From: Mytilus californianus
Taxonomy: Eukaryota
Length of the DNA: 64,000 nt
Reading direction: 5' to 3'
Assembly (NCBI RefSeq): GCF_021869535.1
Contig: NW_026262723.1
Location: forward strand, 93,434,001 to 93,498,000
Positions 63,166 through 64,000 of this stretch are shown piece by piece. Made by a program: the position numbers and the translations under genes. Each line of letters opens with the position of its first letter. Position 1 is the stretch's first letter. Under the pieces are notes generated by a model. That model was not told the origin of the DNA and ran no database searches. It saw only the letters and a program-made list of their open reading frames with translations.

Positions 63166-64000
63166 CTTGGCAAAGGTTTCCTCTCGGTTTTCTTTTTAAG
63201 TTTGTCCCTGAGATCAGGTGATTTGTCTTCATTGTAATCTTCCCTTTCCCATTTTGACAATTCAGGGGGAGACAACATCAGCTGATCTTCACCTTTAGAA
63301 ATATTTTTCTTTATTTCCATTTCTACTTCAGCATCATGTTTTATTCTTTTAGCTGGACTTTCATCTTCAGAGTTCTCATTATTTTCATTTATCTCCTGAA
63401 CACGTTTTTTCTTTTTCGTTTTTACTTTTTCTAAGTCTGAAGCAGAATCACTTTGTGAAGCCTCTATATCCACAAGTTTTTTAACCTTTTTAACTTTTTT
63501 CACTACCTTAACCTTCTTTTGAGATTTAACAGGAGTAACTTGTTTAACTGGAACATCTTCCTTTTTATCGATTGTTTTGTTAGTTTGATCACTTTCTTCT
63601 CCATTCATTGCACTGTCTTTACTTTCCAAATCTGTGTTTTCTTTCTCAGTCTTTGACTGTTCAGTTTCCATAGGTTCAAGTTTGCTTACTTCATTAATAG
63701 GTTTTGATTTAGCCTCCTCATCAGGTGCTTCTTTGACTTCAGGACTCTTCACCTCCGGCAAAACATGCTGAGTGTTAATTTGTATAAGATTAGAATTGCT
63801 TCTCTTTGAGTGCAATGCTTCCTTTTGAGGTAAGTTTCTAATATTCTCTGTTGTTTGAATTGTCTTGAGAGCTCCTGATCTATTTATAGTAGTTGATTTT
63901 TCATCACTTTCACCAACAACTGCTTTAGCTGTGACAACTTTAGCAGCTTTCACAGGAGATTTGGGAACAGTTCCCTTAGTCTTTAATCTAAGTGCAAGTG
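63166..64000 (-). CDS. RBBP6: RBBP6 homolog, penultimate exon (continues beyond the window)
   Basis: The frame is open to the window edge and is K/E/S-rich. SKWEREDY resembles RBBP6 SKWDKDDF. The phase-2 donor AG|gttggt joins in frame to 62413. Confidence 0.78.

Overview
AT-rich, repeat-dense animal genomic DNA. It is probably from a bivalve of the Mytilus type; this is inferred from the repeat families and a 354-nt hammerhead repeat, not proven. Four protein-coding loci were found. (1) Exon 1 of a TMEM26-like gene at 1332-1528 (-), with its remaining exons outside the window. (2) A complete 3-exon TMEM26-like paralog (-; exons 51534-51730, 12290-12437, 11061-11789; 357 aa) whose 39.1-kb first intron hosts (3) a complete 4-exon stearoyl-CoA (delta-9) desaturase on the opposite strand (20953-25899; 327 aa). 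(4) The last two exons of an RBBP6 homolog (-; 61447-64000). The 26-kb block holding the desaturase is bracketed by a diverged 1.6-2.1 kb inverted duplication. The window is rich in hammerhead-ribozyme (HHR) motifs. The clearest case is a 3.1-copy tandem array of a 354-nt HHR (retrozyme-type) repeat inserted into a dead LINE with a 5-bp target-site duplication. There is also a second HHR family, and Penelope-like fragments with a GIY-YIG domain and HHR-like tails. Other features: a tandem array of decayed tRNA-like units, tRNA-SINEs, Helentron-type non-autonomous elements, TTAA-flanked Kolobok-type MITEs, two perfect inverted repeats without target duplications, and several minisatellites, one caught changing from a 35-bp monomer to a 62-bp dimer. 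All alignments were done by eye; percent identities are estimates unless counted.
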